The translations under genes were made by a program, and so were the position numbers. From assembly GCA_017464845.1 (NCBI GenBank), contig JAFTYD010000021.1:1-62779 (forward strand): a DNA stretch of 62,779 nucleotides. The letters run 5' to 3'. Below, one piece after another: positions 20,002 through 29,059 of this stretch (position 1 is the first letter of the stretch; every line of letters starts with the position of its first letter). Under the pieces are notes generated by a model. The model did no database searches and had not been told where the DNA came from. It saw only the letters and a program-made list of their open reading frames with translations. This DNA comes from Clostridia bacterium (GTDB lineage Bacteria; Bacillota; Clostridia; Christensenellales; UBA1242).

Positions 20002-20160
20002 TTACAAATTTATTTTAATATTGGATATTATTTTAAGTTATATTTTTATTTAATTTTAATATGAAAAACAATTAAAATAATTAAAAAATAATTAATTTTG
20101 AATTAAAAATAAAATAAATTAATTTAATTTTAAAATAAATAATTAATTCATATTTGCTCA
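20002..20160. repeat. Nearly pure A/T TTAATTAA-type low-complexity tract (second copy of this tract type)
   Basis: aattaaaataattaaaaaataattaattttgaattaaaaataaaataaattaatttaattttaaaataaataattaatt, in a divergent promoter region. Confidence 0.7.
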
Positions 20161-20188
20161 TAATAGAGAAGTAAAAGGAGAATAAATT

Positions 20189-20800
20189 ATGGGAAGATTA
20201 TTATTTTTTCTGTTTGGTTTACCTATTATGATAGTAACAATAACTTGTACATCTTTTGTTGATATATTAAATTATGACTTTAAAATTAGCGCAACTTACA
20301 ATGGAAATGAAGTTATTTTAGAGCAAGAACAACAAGATGAACTTAAAAATATTTTGGTTGAAACATTTTCAAATTCACATGATATTCCAACTATTTTTGT
20401 TACAACTAATGACACAGCAAAAGAACAAATGCAAGATGGTTATTACTTAAATTTAAAGTTTAAAGAAAAGGTAAGTTTTAATGATTATATATTTGATGAG
20501 TTAGCATTTTTGGTAGAAAATGAAAGTTCACAAGTTTGTATGCTTAGGGGAAATAACGGCAATTTTGAAGGAAGATGTTTATATTTCATTTTAGAAAATG
20601 ATATGTCAAATGTGTATAACTATCTTAATAATTTAAACGAAAATAAAGAAGTAAGTCTAGAAAACAAAATTCAAGAAGAATCAAATCAAGAAGAAGTAAA
20701 AGAAGAGAAAGATGAAACTGTGGAAGAAAATTTATCACAAGAAAACAATGAGACAAAAGAAACCAATTCACCAGTTATAATGAAAACTCAAATAATTTAA
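20189..20800 (+). CDS. Secreted/membrane-anchored hypothetical protein with acidic C-terminal tail (203 aa)
   Basis: N-terminal hydrophobic signal/anchor (LLFFLFGLPIMIVTITC) and a Glu-rich tail. RBS AAAGGAG. Confidence 0.55.
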   Translation: MGRLLFFLFGLPIMIVTITCTSFVDILNYDFKISATYNGNEVILEQEQQDELKNILVETFSNSHDIPTIFVTTNDTAKEQMQDGYYLNLKFKEKVSFNDYIFDELAFLVENESSQVCMLRGNNGNFEGRCLYFILENDMSNVYNYLNNLNENKEVSLENKIQEESNQEEVKEEKDETVEENLSQENNETKETNSPVIMKTQII

Positions 20801-20827
20801 AGTATGCAAAAACGCATACTTTTTTTA
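20801..20827 (+). terminator. Rho-independent terminator
   Basis: AGTATGC-AAAAA-GCATACT followed by T7. Confidence 0.8.
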
Positions 20828-20881
20828 TTTATTCATTTGAAAAAAAATTATATTTGTCGTACAATTAGTTTAGGAGAAATT

Positions 20882-21412
20882 ATGTTAGGTTTAGAAAGAG
20901 AAGAAGTTAAACTCATTCCTTATGATGAAAACTGGAAGAAGGAATTTGAAAAAGAAAAAATATATTTACAAAAAGTTTTAAAAGATATTGCAATCTTAAT
21001 AGAACATGTAGGGAGCACTTCTATTGAAGGTTTGTCTGCAAAGCCAATTCTTGATATTGCTGTTGGTGTTGTGGATAAAGAAACTTTGTATAAAACAATT
21101 GACATTATGTCAAGACATGGTTATCAAGTTAAAAATTCTATTGAAGACCGTGATGAAGTTTTAGCAATAAAAGGTAACGGAACAAACCATACTCATTATA
21201 TTCACATTATGGTTGCAAGTGGGGATAGATGCAAAAATCAAATTTTGTTTAGAGACTATTTAAGAAAACATAAAGAAACGGTTAAAGAGTATGAGAGTCT
21301 AAAAAAAGAACTTGCAAAAATATATAAAGATGAAAGATTAAATTATACAGCAGGTAAAAATAATTTTATTCTTTCAGTACTTGAAGAAGCAAAAAAAGAA
21401 GAAAACTTTTAA
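20882..21412 (+). CDS. GrpB-family protein
   Basis: IEHVGSTSIEGLSAKPILDI motif typical of GrpB/UPF0157. ATG 20882 (RBS AGGAGA) is preferred, because the longer ORF would start inside the upstream terminator. Confidence 0.8.
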   Translation: MLGLEREEVKLIPYDENWKKEFEKEKIYLQKVLKDIAILIEHVGSTSIEGLSAKPILDIAVGVVDKETLYKTIDIMSRHGYQVKNSIEDRDEVLAIKGNGTNHTHYIHIMVASGDRCKNQILFRDYLRKHKETVKEYESLKKELAKIYKDERLNYTAGKNNFILSVLEEAKKEENF

Positions 21413-21556
21413 CATAATTAATTATATTTTGACAAAACTATTTATTATTAACCAATAAATGATAAATAGTTTTTTTTTACTTTAACAAAGAATGATTTTG
21501 CAAAAGAGTTATTATTAAAATATTTTTAGAATTGTTTTAAATTTTTATTTTTAAAC

Positions 21557-21586
21557 TTGACAATTTGTATTTAATGAATATATACT
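21557..21586 (+). promoter_or_regulatory. Putative promoter of pflBA
   Basis: TTGACA (21557-21562), 18-nt spacer, TATACT (21581-21586). Confidence 0.5.
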
Positions 21587-21656
21587 ATTCTTGGTAAAAA
21601 TAAAGACGAAGTTTTACCAATTTAATAATTATCTAATTTTTCAAAAGGAGGGAATA

Positions 21657-23918
21657 ATGGATAATATTGAAACAAACGAAAACAACTTATGTAATGCATG
21701 GGAAGGTTTCAAAGGAGAAAAATGGAAAGAAAGTATTGATGTAAAGGATTTCATTTTAGAAAATTATACTGAATATACAGGTGATGACTCTTTCCTTGCT
21801 GGACCAACAGAAAGAACAAACAAAGTTTGGTCAGTATGTGAAGAACTTATTTTAGAAGAAGCAAAAAGAGGTTGTCTTGATATTGAAACAACAGTTGTTT
21901 CTGGTATCAACAATTTTAAACCTGGCTATATCAGCAAAGAAAATGAAGTTATTGTAGGTCTTCAAACAGATGCACCTTTAAAAAGAATTGTTAACCTTTA
22001 TGGTGGTATCAGAATGGCTGACTCTGCTCTTGCAGCTTACAATAGAGAATTAGATCCTGCTGTTCATAAAGCTTTCTGCGAATACAGAAAATCTCATAAT
22101 GATGGTGTTTTTGATGCTTACACACCAGACGTTAGAAAAGCAAGAAGTAATGGTCTTTTGACTGGTCTTCCAGATGCTTATGGTAGAGGAAGAATTATCG
22201 GAGACTATAGAAGAGTTGCTCTTTATGGTATCGATAGACTTATCGAAGAAAAACAAAAAGATTTAGTTACTATTCTTCTTGATGTTACAACTGAAGAAGG
22301 TATCAGACTTAGAGAAGAAGTTAACGAACAAATCAGAGCATTAGGCCTTATCAAAGAAATGGCTTTAAGTTATGGTTATGATATTTCTAAACCTGCAACA
22401 AACGCTGTTGAAGCAACACAATGGTTATATTTTGCATACCTTGCTGCTGTTAAAGAAAACAACGGTGCTGCTATGAGTTTAGGAAGAACATCAACATTCC
22501 TTGATATTTATATTCAAAGAGATATTGAAAAAGGAATTTTGACAGAAGAATTGGCACAAGAAATTATGGACCAATTCGTTATCAAACTTCGTCTTGTTCG
22601 TCATTTAAGAACACCTGACTATGACGATATATTCGGTGGAGATCCAACTTGGGTTACCGAAAGTGTTGGTGGTATGGTTGATGATAAGAGAAGCTTAGTA
22701 ACAAAGAACTCTTTCAGAATGTTACACACTCTTATTAATCTTAAACCAAGTCCAGAACCAAACTTAACAGTTTTATATTCTGACAAATTACCAGAAAACT
22801 TCAGAAAATTCTGTGCAAAGATTTCTATCTTAACAGATTCTATCCAATATGAAGGTGATGAAGTTATGCGTCCAATCTATGGTTGCGACTATGCTATTGC
22901 TTGTTGCGTATCAGCTATGCAAGTTGGTAAACAAATGCAATTCTTTGGTGCTAGATGTAACCTTGCAAAACTTCTCCTTTACGCTATAAACGGTGGTTAT
23001 GATGAAAAGAGTGGAGCTCTTGTTATCTCTGGTCTCGAAAAAATCACTGATGAAGTTTTAGATTACGAAACAGTTAGAGCTCATTATTCAGAAGCTCTTC
23101 ACAAAATTGCAAAAACTTATGTTGATGCTATGAACATCATTCACTATATGCATGATAAATATGCTTATGAAAGAGGACAAATGGCTCTTCACGATACACA
23201 ACTCTCAAGACTTATGGCTTTTGGTGTTGCTGGATTCTCTGTTGCTATTGACTCACTCTCTGCTATCAAATATGCAAAAGTTAAACCTATCAGAAATGAA
23301 GAAGGAATTGCTGTTGATTTTGAAGTTGAAGGTGATTTCCCTAAATATGGTAACGATGATGATAGAGCAGATATGTTAGGTGTTGAACTTGCAAAAGAAT
23401 TCTATAATTGCCTTTGCGAAAACCCACTTTATAGAAATGCAGTTCACACACTTTCACTTTTGACTATTACTTCAAACGTTATGTATGGTAAGAAAACTGG
23501 TTCTACTCCAGACGGAAGAAAAGCTGGCGAAGCTTTTGCTCCAGGTGCAAACCCAATGCATGGTAGAGATAGTTCAGGTGCTCTTGCATCATTAAACTCA
23601 GTTGCAAAAATACCATATTGCAATTGCTGTCAAGATGGTATTTCAAATACTTTCACAATCATTCCAGATTCTCTTGGACATGATGAAACTGAAAGAATTA
23701 ACAACTTGGTTGGTATCTTAGATGGTTACTTTGTTCAAGGCGCTCAACATATCAATGTAAACGTACTTAATAGAGAACTTTTAATTGATGCTATGAACAA
23801 TCCTTGGAAATATCCAAGTCTTACAATCAGAGTTTCTGGTTATGCAGTAAACTTCAATAGACTCTCTAGAGCTCACCAAGAAGAAGTTATTGCAAGAACT
23901 TTCCATGAGAAAATTTAA
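21657..23918 (+). CDS. pflB: Pyruvate formate-lyase (formate C-acetyltransferase)
   Basis: Active-site IACCVSAM (Cys-Cys) and glycyl-radical motif [11 protein letters not shown]. Start MDNIETNEN follows AAAGGAGGG. Confidence 0.95.
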   Translation: MDNIETNENNLCNAWEGFKGEKWKESIDVKDFILENYTEYTGDDSFLAGPTERTNKVWSVCEELILEEAKRGCLDIETTVVSGINNFKPGYISKENEVIVGLQTDAPLKRIVNLYGGIRMADSALAAYNRELDPAVHKAFCEYRKSHNDGVFDAYTPDVRKARSNGLLTGLPDAYGRGRIIGDYRRVALYGIDRLIEEKQKDLVTILLDVTTEEGIRLREEVNEQIRALGLIKEMALSYGYDISKPATNAVEATQWLYFAYLAAVKENNGAAMSLGRTSTFLDIYIQRDIEKGILTEELAQEIMDQFVIKLRLVRHLRTPDYDDIFGGDPTWVTESVGGMVDDKRSLVTKNSFRMLHTLINLKPSPEPNLTVLYSDKLPENFRKFCAKISILTDSIQYEGDEVMRPIYGCDYAIACCVSAMQVGKQMQFFGARCNLAKLLLYAINGGYDEKSGALVISGLEKITDEVLDYETVRAHYSEALHKIAKTYVDAMNIIHYMHDKYAYERGQMALHDTQLSRLMAFGVAGFSVAIDSLSAIKYAKVKPIRNEEGIAVDFEVEGDFPKYGNDDDRADMLGVELAKEFYNCLCENPLYRNAVHTLSLLTITSNVMYGKKTGSTPDGRKAGEAFAPGANPMHGRDSSGALASLNSVAKIPYCNCCQDGISNTFTIIPDSLGHDETERINNLVGILDGYFVQGAQHINVNVLNRELLIDAMNNPWKYPSLTIRVSGYAVNFNRLSRAHQEEVIARTFHEKI

Positions 23919-24631
23919 TGTCTGAAATTTTAGGAAACGTTTCTAGTTTTGAATCTATGGGTCTGGTGGACGGACCAGGTATAAGATTTATCGTCTTTAT
24001 GCAAGGTTGTCCACTTAGATGCCTATATTGTCATAATCCTGAAACTTGGGACGCAAGTGTAAAGAAAAATCTTGTTACACCAAGCGAAATTGTAAATAAG
24101 GTATTGAGATATAAATCATATTTTGGTAAAAATGGTGGAATCACTTTTTCAGGTGGCGAACCTTTGCTTCAACATGATTTCTTGCTTGAAACTTTAAAAC
24201 TTTGCAAAGAACATAATATCAATACCTGTCTTGATACAAGTGGGTATGGAGAAAACTTTGAAGATATTTTGGAATATGTTGATTTGGTTATCTTAGATGT
24301 GAAAGCAGTTGATAGCGATGATTATACCCACATAACTCAACGCAAAATTGACCACTTTAAGAAATTTTTGGACTATTGTCAAAAAATAAACAAACCACTT
24401 TGGCTTAGACAAGTTATCGTCCCAGGTATAAACGATACAAAAGAAAGTGTCTTGAAGTTAAAAGAGTTTGCAAAGAAATTAAAGAATGTTGAAAAGATTG
24501 AACTTTTACCTTATCACAATATGGCAATAAAAAAATATAACGAACTTGGAATTGATTATGTCTTAAAAGATGTAAAACCTATGGATAAACAATATTGTAA
24601 TGAATTACAAAAGTTGTTAAGAGAAGATTAA
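23918..24631 (+). CDS. pflA: Pyruvate formate-lyase activating enzyme (radical SAM)
   Basis: GCPLRCLYCHNPETW (CX3CX2C). TAATG overlap with pflB. Confidence 0.9.
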   Translation: MSEILGNVSSFESMGLVDGPGIRFIVFMQGCPLRCLYCHNPETWDASVKKNLVTPSEIVNKVLRYKSYFGKNGGITFSGGEPLLQHDFLLETLKLCKEHNINTCLDTSGYGENFEDILEYVDLVILDVKAVDSDDYTHITQRKIDHFKKFLDYCQKINKPLWLRQVIVPGINDTKESVLKLKEFAKKLKNVEKIELLPYHNMAIKKYNELGIDYVLKDVKPMDKQYCNELQKLLRED

Positions 24632-24636
24632 ATATA

Positions 24637-24668
24637 AAAAGACTAATAGTTGATATTAGTCTTTTTTT
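24637..24668 (+). terminator. Rho-independent terminator after pflA
   Basis: AAAAGACTAATA-GTTGA-TATTAGTCTTTT followed by a T-run. Confidence 0.8.
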
Positions 24669-24810
24669 ATGAATAAAAAAGAAAATAATAAACATACTAC
24701 AAATATGATTATCACATTATTATTAAAATTATTATCTAAATTATTTTAATTGCAAACCCGTCTGTAATAACAAACCATTTCATAGTAAGTATGAAAATCT
24801 TTTATTACAC

Positions 24811-24846
24811 AAAAAAAGAATTAGGAATCGTTCCTAATTCTTTTTG
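24811..24846 (-). terminator. Terminator downstream of the 244-aa gene
   Basis: AAGAATTAGGAA-TCG-TTCCTAATTCTT flanked by A/T runs. Confidence 0.7.
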
Positions 24847-24859
24847 TTATTTAAAATCA

Positions 24860-25594
24860 TTATTTAATTGTTCTAACGTTTTCTAATGATGGAGCAACTT
24901 TTTCTGTTACTTGTTCAGCGATAGCGTTAGCAACTTCTTCTGTTTTAGCTGTGTTAGCATCTGTTAATGCTGGATAGAATTCAGCACCTCTCATAACTGC
25001 GCTAGCAACTTGAGCTTTGTCCACTTTACCTTTTTTGTCAAGGAAACCATTTTGTTGGAAGAAAGCTTTTACAGTTTCATCATATTTTGCATGAAGAGCA
25101 ACTGTATTAACAGCTGTTGGATCGTCCATACAAGCTTCCATAACAGGTTGTAAGAATAATAAGTCAGCTTTAGCTTCTTTCCAACCAATCATTTCAAGTG
25201 GTAAATGTTGATATCTTTTACCTTCTCTTCCTTCTTTGTTGAATTTTGAACTATTTCCAACTACCCAACCATCATGGATAACTTGGAGACAATAGATAGC
25301 TAAGTCGTTTTTGTTAACGCCTTGTAAAGCTTGTCTTAATTCAGCCATTTCAGCTTCATATTGACCTTCGTCTTTTCCGAGCATAACAGCTTCAACTGCA
25401 GGAGCTAAATCTTCTCTACCAACGAAAGAACAAACTCCCATAACAGCACTATGGATAGAACTAGTAGCCCAAACTTGACCTTCAAGTTCATCAAAAGTAG
25501 AATTAGCGATTTGTCTTTGAGCTTCTTCTTCAGTTAAACCGTTCCAGTTCATAAGTGCATTTTTTGCAATAACTGTATAACAACAATTTTTCAT
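24860..25594 (-). CDS. Hypothetical Ala-rich soluble protein (244 aa)
   Basis: Start MKNCCYTV after AAAGGAG (the 25630 start is rejected). Visibly higher G+C and Ala/Val/Gly content than its neighbours. No family recognised. Confidence 0.55.
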   Translation of the reverse strand: MKNCCYTVIAKNALMNWNGLTEEEAQRQIANSTFDELEGQVWATSSIHSAVMGVCSFVGREDLAPAVEAVMLGKDEGQYEAEMAELRQALQGVNKNDLAIYCLQVIHDGWVVGNSSKFNKEGREGKRYQHLPLEMIGWKEAKADLLFLQPVMEACMDDPTAVNTVALHAKYDETVKAFFQQNGFLDKKGKVDKAQVASAVMRGAEFYPALTDANTAKTEEVANAIAEQVTEKVAPSLENVRTIK

Positions 25595-25673
25595 ATTCTT
25601 TTCTCCTTTTTGATAGTATAATGATAACATAAAACAAAATCAATGTCAATAATTCTTATTTAGAATAAGAAAA

Positions 25674-25703
25674 ACAAAAAAACACCTTTAATATAGAGGT
25701 GTT
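25674..25703 (-). terminator. Terminator of the 74-aa gene
   Basis: On the coding strand, AAACACCTC-loop-AAGGTGTTT followed by T7. Confidence 0.7.
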
Positions 25704-25709
25704 TAATTA

Positions 25710-25934
25710 TCAAGAAATCTTTTTAACAATGAAGTTGTGTTTATTGTCAGTAGATATCAAATCAAAGTTTGCTTTTTTAAGTTCTGCTTTTAAGATTGTA
25801 AGATTTGGGTCGTCAGACAATATGTTTTGATTAAAGCATACTTCCAATTCATTTGAAGCATTAAAAGTATTTGGTGAAGTAGTTAAATCGTTAATGAACT
25901 CATGTGCGAATTCAAGAGGTGTTTGTTTTTCCAT
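25710..25934 (-). CDS. Hypothetical small protein (74 aa), chromosomal copy; ~89% identical paralog inside the element at 32116..32340
   Basis: RBS AAAGGAG. MEKQTPLEFAHEFINDLTT... is near-identical to the second copy. Confidence 0.6.
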   Translation of the reverse strand: MEKQTPLEFAHEFINDLTTSPNTFNASNELEVCFNQNILSDDPNLTILKAELKKANFDLISTDNKHNFIVKKIS

Positions 25935-26001
25935 AAATTTACTCCTTTAAATAATTTTAGCATAAAGAATAAATAAAAACAAATTATTAGTAAAGAAAAC
26001 A

Positions 26002-26081
26002 AAAAAAAGACTAGAATGAATCTAGTCTTTTTCATTTGGTAGCGTAAACTGGGTTCGAACCAGTGACCTCATGGGTATGAA
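26002..26081. repeat. attL: 80-bp perfect direct repeat (3' 45 nt of tRNA-Met plus its downstream terminator hairpin)
   Basis: aaaaaaagactagaatgaatctagtctttttcatttggtagcgtaaactgggttcgaaccagtgacctcatgggtatgaa is identical at 40042..40121. Confidence 0.9.
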
Positions 26082-26200
26082 TTTCAAATATTAATATAAC
26101 TTATATAAATAATAAAATATATTTATATTAAGAATAGTTTTAGAAAAATTTTTATTTTTAATTTGTTTTAATTTATTTTAATATTTGAAGTTTCACATTT

Positions 26201-27298
26201 TTAGTTACACATTAATCTTTTTATTTCATCTCCAAGTGAATTAACCATATTAAACATATTTTGGTTAATTGAATTTCTTGTATAGATATTTTTTGTTATT
26301 TGTATATCTGAATGTCCCATAATTTTACTTTTATTAATTATAAGTTCTTCATTATCTCTTATAAGTTGACTAAATGTATGTCTTAAGTCATGTTCTCTCA
26401 TATTTATATTATGTTTGCTTAATAAGTAATCATGAAATTTATGTGTAAAATAATCTGGTTTAATTTCGTTTAAAAATAAATTTGAACATACTTGTATATC
26501 TGGAAAATAGTTATTTTTATGTTCAAGTAATTCTTCTTTTAAAAAATTACTTAAAGGAATTGCTCTTTTACTTGATTTAGTTTTTAATGACTTTTTTAAA
26601 TAACTTTTTCCATTTGTAGTTATCATATTGTTTTTAAAATAAATTATATTGTTTTCAAAATCTATATTTTCCCATGTTAAACCTAATACTTCTCCTCTTC
26701 TTGCTCCAGTCATTACGGCAATAAGGGTTGGTATATATAGGTTATAGTAATTAGTTTTTAAGTCTTTTAATATTGTTGCAATTTCTTCAAGTTCTAATGT
26801 TGTTGATTCAAATTCTTCTTCATCTTCTTTATAATTTAATTTTTTTATATTGTTTGATGAAATGTAATCATAATTTACTCCCCAGTTGATTACAGATAAA
26901 ATGTATGTAACATAGTTTTTAACAGTTTTCTTTTTTAAACCTTTATTTTGATATTCGTCAATAAATTTTTGCAAAGCTCTTGTTGTAATATCTTTAACTT
27001 TAACTTTACCAAAATATGTTCTAGCAATATTTCTATCAAGTTTATAAACAGTGTTTAATGTAGTAGGAGATAGTTTGTTTTTTCTTTCTTCGAATCTTAA
27101 ATCATCTAACTTATTAAATGTAATATCAATAAAATCGCCTTTAACTTCATATTCAAGTTCTAATGCAAGTTTTTTAGCAGTAGTTAAACCAGAAATGTTA
27201 GAAACTTGTTTTGTTTGTGTTTTACCAAATATATCTTTTTTACCCCATGCTCTAACTCTATATTTCCCATTTTCTTGCAGTTCAATTTTATATGACAT
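26201..27298 (-). CDS. Tyrosine site-specific recombinase (phage integrase family)
   Basis: C-terminal catalytic blocks TGARRGEVLGLTW (Arg), HDLRHTFSQL (H-x-x-R) and GHSDIQITKNIYT (His...Tyr). Adjacent to attL. Confidence 0.9.
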   Translation of the reverse strand: MSYKIELQENGKYRVRAWGKKDIFGKTQTKQVSNISGLTTAKKLALELEYEVKGDFIDITFNKLDDLRFEERKNKLSPTTLNTVYKLDRNIARTYFGKVKVKDITTRALQKFIDEYQNKGLKKKTVKNYVTYILSVINWGVNYDYISSNNIKKLNYKEDEEEFESTTLELEEIATILKDLKTNYYNLYIPTLIAVMTGARRGEVLGLTWENIDFENNIIYFKNNMITTNGKSYLKKSLKTKSSKRAIPLSNFLKEELLEHKNNYFPDIQVCSNLFLNEIKPDYFTHKFHDYLLSKHNINMREHDLRHTFSQLIRDNEELIINKSKIMGHSDIQITKNIYTRNSINQNMFNMVNSLGDEIKRLMCN

Positions 27299-27316
27299 AT
27301 TTATTCCTTTTTATAT

Positions 27317-27574
27317 TTAAGATATTCTTATAGATTTATTCTTATTATTTTTAGAAGGTGGAAGAATGAATAGTAATATTGCAATGTAAACAATTATTCC
27401 AAATACATAATATGCACTTGTAGTAGTAGTTGACCAAATATTGGTTATACCTGTTTTTCCAGTTACTTTTATAGAACATTCAGTTATTTCTAAGATTTCA
27501 CTTGGAGAAAATTCAAGTAAATTTATTGTAACATCATATTGTATGTTTTTTTTTACATCTCCTATTTCTTTCAT
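27317..27574 (-). CDS. Small membrane protein (85 aa); possibly the C-terminal half of a gene split at an A8 run
   Basis: C-terminal TM (YYVFGIIVYIAILLFILP). Its reading frame stays open upstream through the A8 run at 27639-27646. Confidence 0.45.
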   Translation of the reverse strand: MKEIGDVKKNIQYDVTINLLEFSPSEILEITECSIKVTGKTGITNIWSTTTTSAYYVFGIIVYIAILLFILPPSKNNKNKSIRIS

Positions 27575-27630
27575 CTCGTATTCTAATAGTTTATTATTTT
27601 TATCATAGTAATTAAATTTAATTTCTAAAT

Positions 27631-27855
27631 CTAATATATTTTTTTTGGAACTATTGTATATTTCATTGAAGTTGAAAATTCATCTTGATTATTAATGGTT
27701 ATATCATCTATTGTAGCATCTTTACATAATGGATTTAAAGTACATCTTGTTATAGGAAATAACAAAAAACATATTAATAATATAATTAGAAAAACTTTAA
27801 TGCCGGTTTTAATAGATTCGTTTTTGGGTGTTTCAGTAGTAGTATTATTATCCAT
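27631..27855 (-). CDS. Small membrane protein (74 aa); possibly the N-terminal half of a gene split at an A8 run
   Basis: N-terminal TM/signal anchor (IKVFLIILLICFLLFPI). Stops 2 codons after the A8 run. Confidence 0.45.
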   Translation of the reverse strand: MDNNTTTETPKNESIKTGIKVFLIILLICFLLFPITRCTLNPLCKDATIDDITINNQDEFSTSMKYTIVPKKIY

Positions 27856-27869
27856 ATATTTTCTCCTTA

Positions 27870-28469
27870 TTATAAACTTCTTCTGATTTCAACTGCAACT
27901 CCTATAATTCTTACGGGTGTATCTAATATTTCTTGATTTGTATAAAAAGTTGGTTTAAATTCGTTGTTTGAATTATGAGGTAAGATCCAAATTCCGTTTG
28001 GGTCTTTTTTTATTTCTTTTAAAGTAGCGTCATATCCGTTTATCATAACAACACAAATTTTACCACTTTCAGCATCGTCTTGTTGACGGACTATAACAAC
28101 ATCTCCGTTTTTAATGGTAGGAAGCATAGAGTCTCCTTTTACTTTCAAAGCAAAATATTCTCCTCTTAAGGCCATTTCTTCAGAAATCTCTTCATAATCA
28201 AGAATTTCTTCAATTGCTTCAATAGGTATTCCTGCAGGAATTGTCCCAAGTACAGGTATTTTTTTTGCTTTATTAGTTGGAGTTATTTTTCCTAGTAAAT
28301 TATCTGTTGTTGTGTTAAAAAATTCTGCAATTTTTGTTAATGTTTGTAAATCTGGTTCGCTTCCTCCAGTTTCATACATTGCTATTGTTGATCTTGAAAT
28401 TCCTATACATTTTGCTAATTTTTCTTGTGTTATTCCTTTTTGTGTTCTTAGTTGTTTTAAATTTATCAT
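27870..28469 (-). CDS. LexA/CI-like repressor (XRE HTH + S24 peptidase domain)
   Basis: N-terminal HTH (ITQEKLAKCIGISRSTIAMYETG). C-terminal GDSMLPTIKNGDVVIV (Ser nucleophile) and downstream ATLKEIKK (Lys). Confidence 0.9.
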   Translation of the reverse strand: MINLKQLRTQKGITQEKLAKCIGISRSTIAMYETGGSEPDLQTLTKIAEFFNTTTDNLLGKITPTNKAKKIPVLGTIPAGIPIEAIEEILDYEEISEEMALRGEYFALKVKGDSMLPTIKNGDVVIVRQQDDAESGKICVVMINGYDATLKEIKKDPNGIWILPHNSNNEFKPTFYTNQEILDTPVRIIGVAVEIRRSL

Positions 28470-28490
28470 TTTTTCCTCTTTTTATTAATT

Positions 28491-28593
28491 ATGTCAAAAT
28501 ACTTGACTAAAAACAATAAAATTTTAAAAATATATGTCAAAATACTTGACACCTTCTGTATATTGTGTTACTATTAGTCAAGTATCTTGACAT
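28491..28593. promoter_or_regulatory. Three 17-bp palindromic operators TGTCAA-N5-TTGACA in the repressor/cro divergent region
   Basis: O1 28491-28507 and O2 28534-28550 are both atgtcaaaatacttgac. O3 28577-28593 is gtcaagtatcttgacat, the inverted orientation with 1 mismatch. The TTGACA halves double as -35 boxes. Confidence 0.8.
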
Positions 28594-28649
28594 TTATTAT
28601 TTATTTTGTTAATTTGCTTGACATTTTATAAAATTAAAGGAGAGGTGTT

Positions 28650-28862
28650 ATGGCAGTAAAGCAGATAAATGAACTTGAATTAATAGAAGTTCGTAAAAAA
28701 ATAGGTTTGTACTCAATTAAGGAACTATGCTTGATGTTTAAAATCGGTCGAGAAAGTATCGATTATGCTTTAAATACAAATCGTTTAAAGTATATATCTC
28801 CAAATAATAGGGATAGGTATATTTATTTAAAAGATTATTTGAAATATGTTGAAAGCTTATAG
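28650..28862 (+). CDS. Cro/excisionase-like small DNA-binding protein (70 aa)
   Basis: Divergent from the repressor across the operators. HTH-like YSIKELCLMFKIGRESIDYAL. Confidence 0.6.
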   Translation: MAVKQINELELIEVRKKIGLYSIKELCLMFKIGRESIDYALNTNRLKYISPNNRDRYIYLKDYLKYVESL

Positions 28863-28870
28863 GAGTCATT

Positions 28871-29011
28871 ATGAAAAATAAAGAAGTTATAGAAAAAGAG
28901 TGGGAAAGTTATAAGAAATTTTGTTTATTACATGGATTGTTTAAAAATGATGCTAATAGTTTAAGTTATTTTGTTAATGTTTCAGAAGAGTATGGTTATG
29001 AATTTGTTTAA
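28871..29011 (+). CDS. Small hypothetical protein (46 aa), not in the ORF track
   Basis: ATG 28871 lies 4 nt after AGGAG. MKNKEVIEKEWESYKKFCLLHGLFKNDANSLSYFVNVSEEYGYEFV. Confidence 0.4.
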   Translation: MKNKEVIEKEWESYKKFCLLHGLFKNDANSLSYFVNVSEEYGYEFV

Positions 29012-29059
29012 GAGAGAATATAAGGAAATTTTGTAAAAAAAACAGATAGGAGAAAAAAA

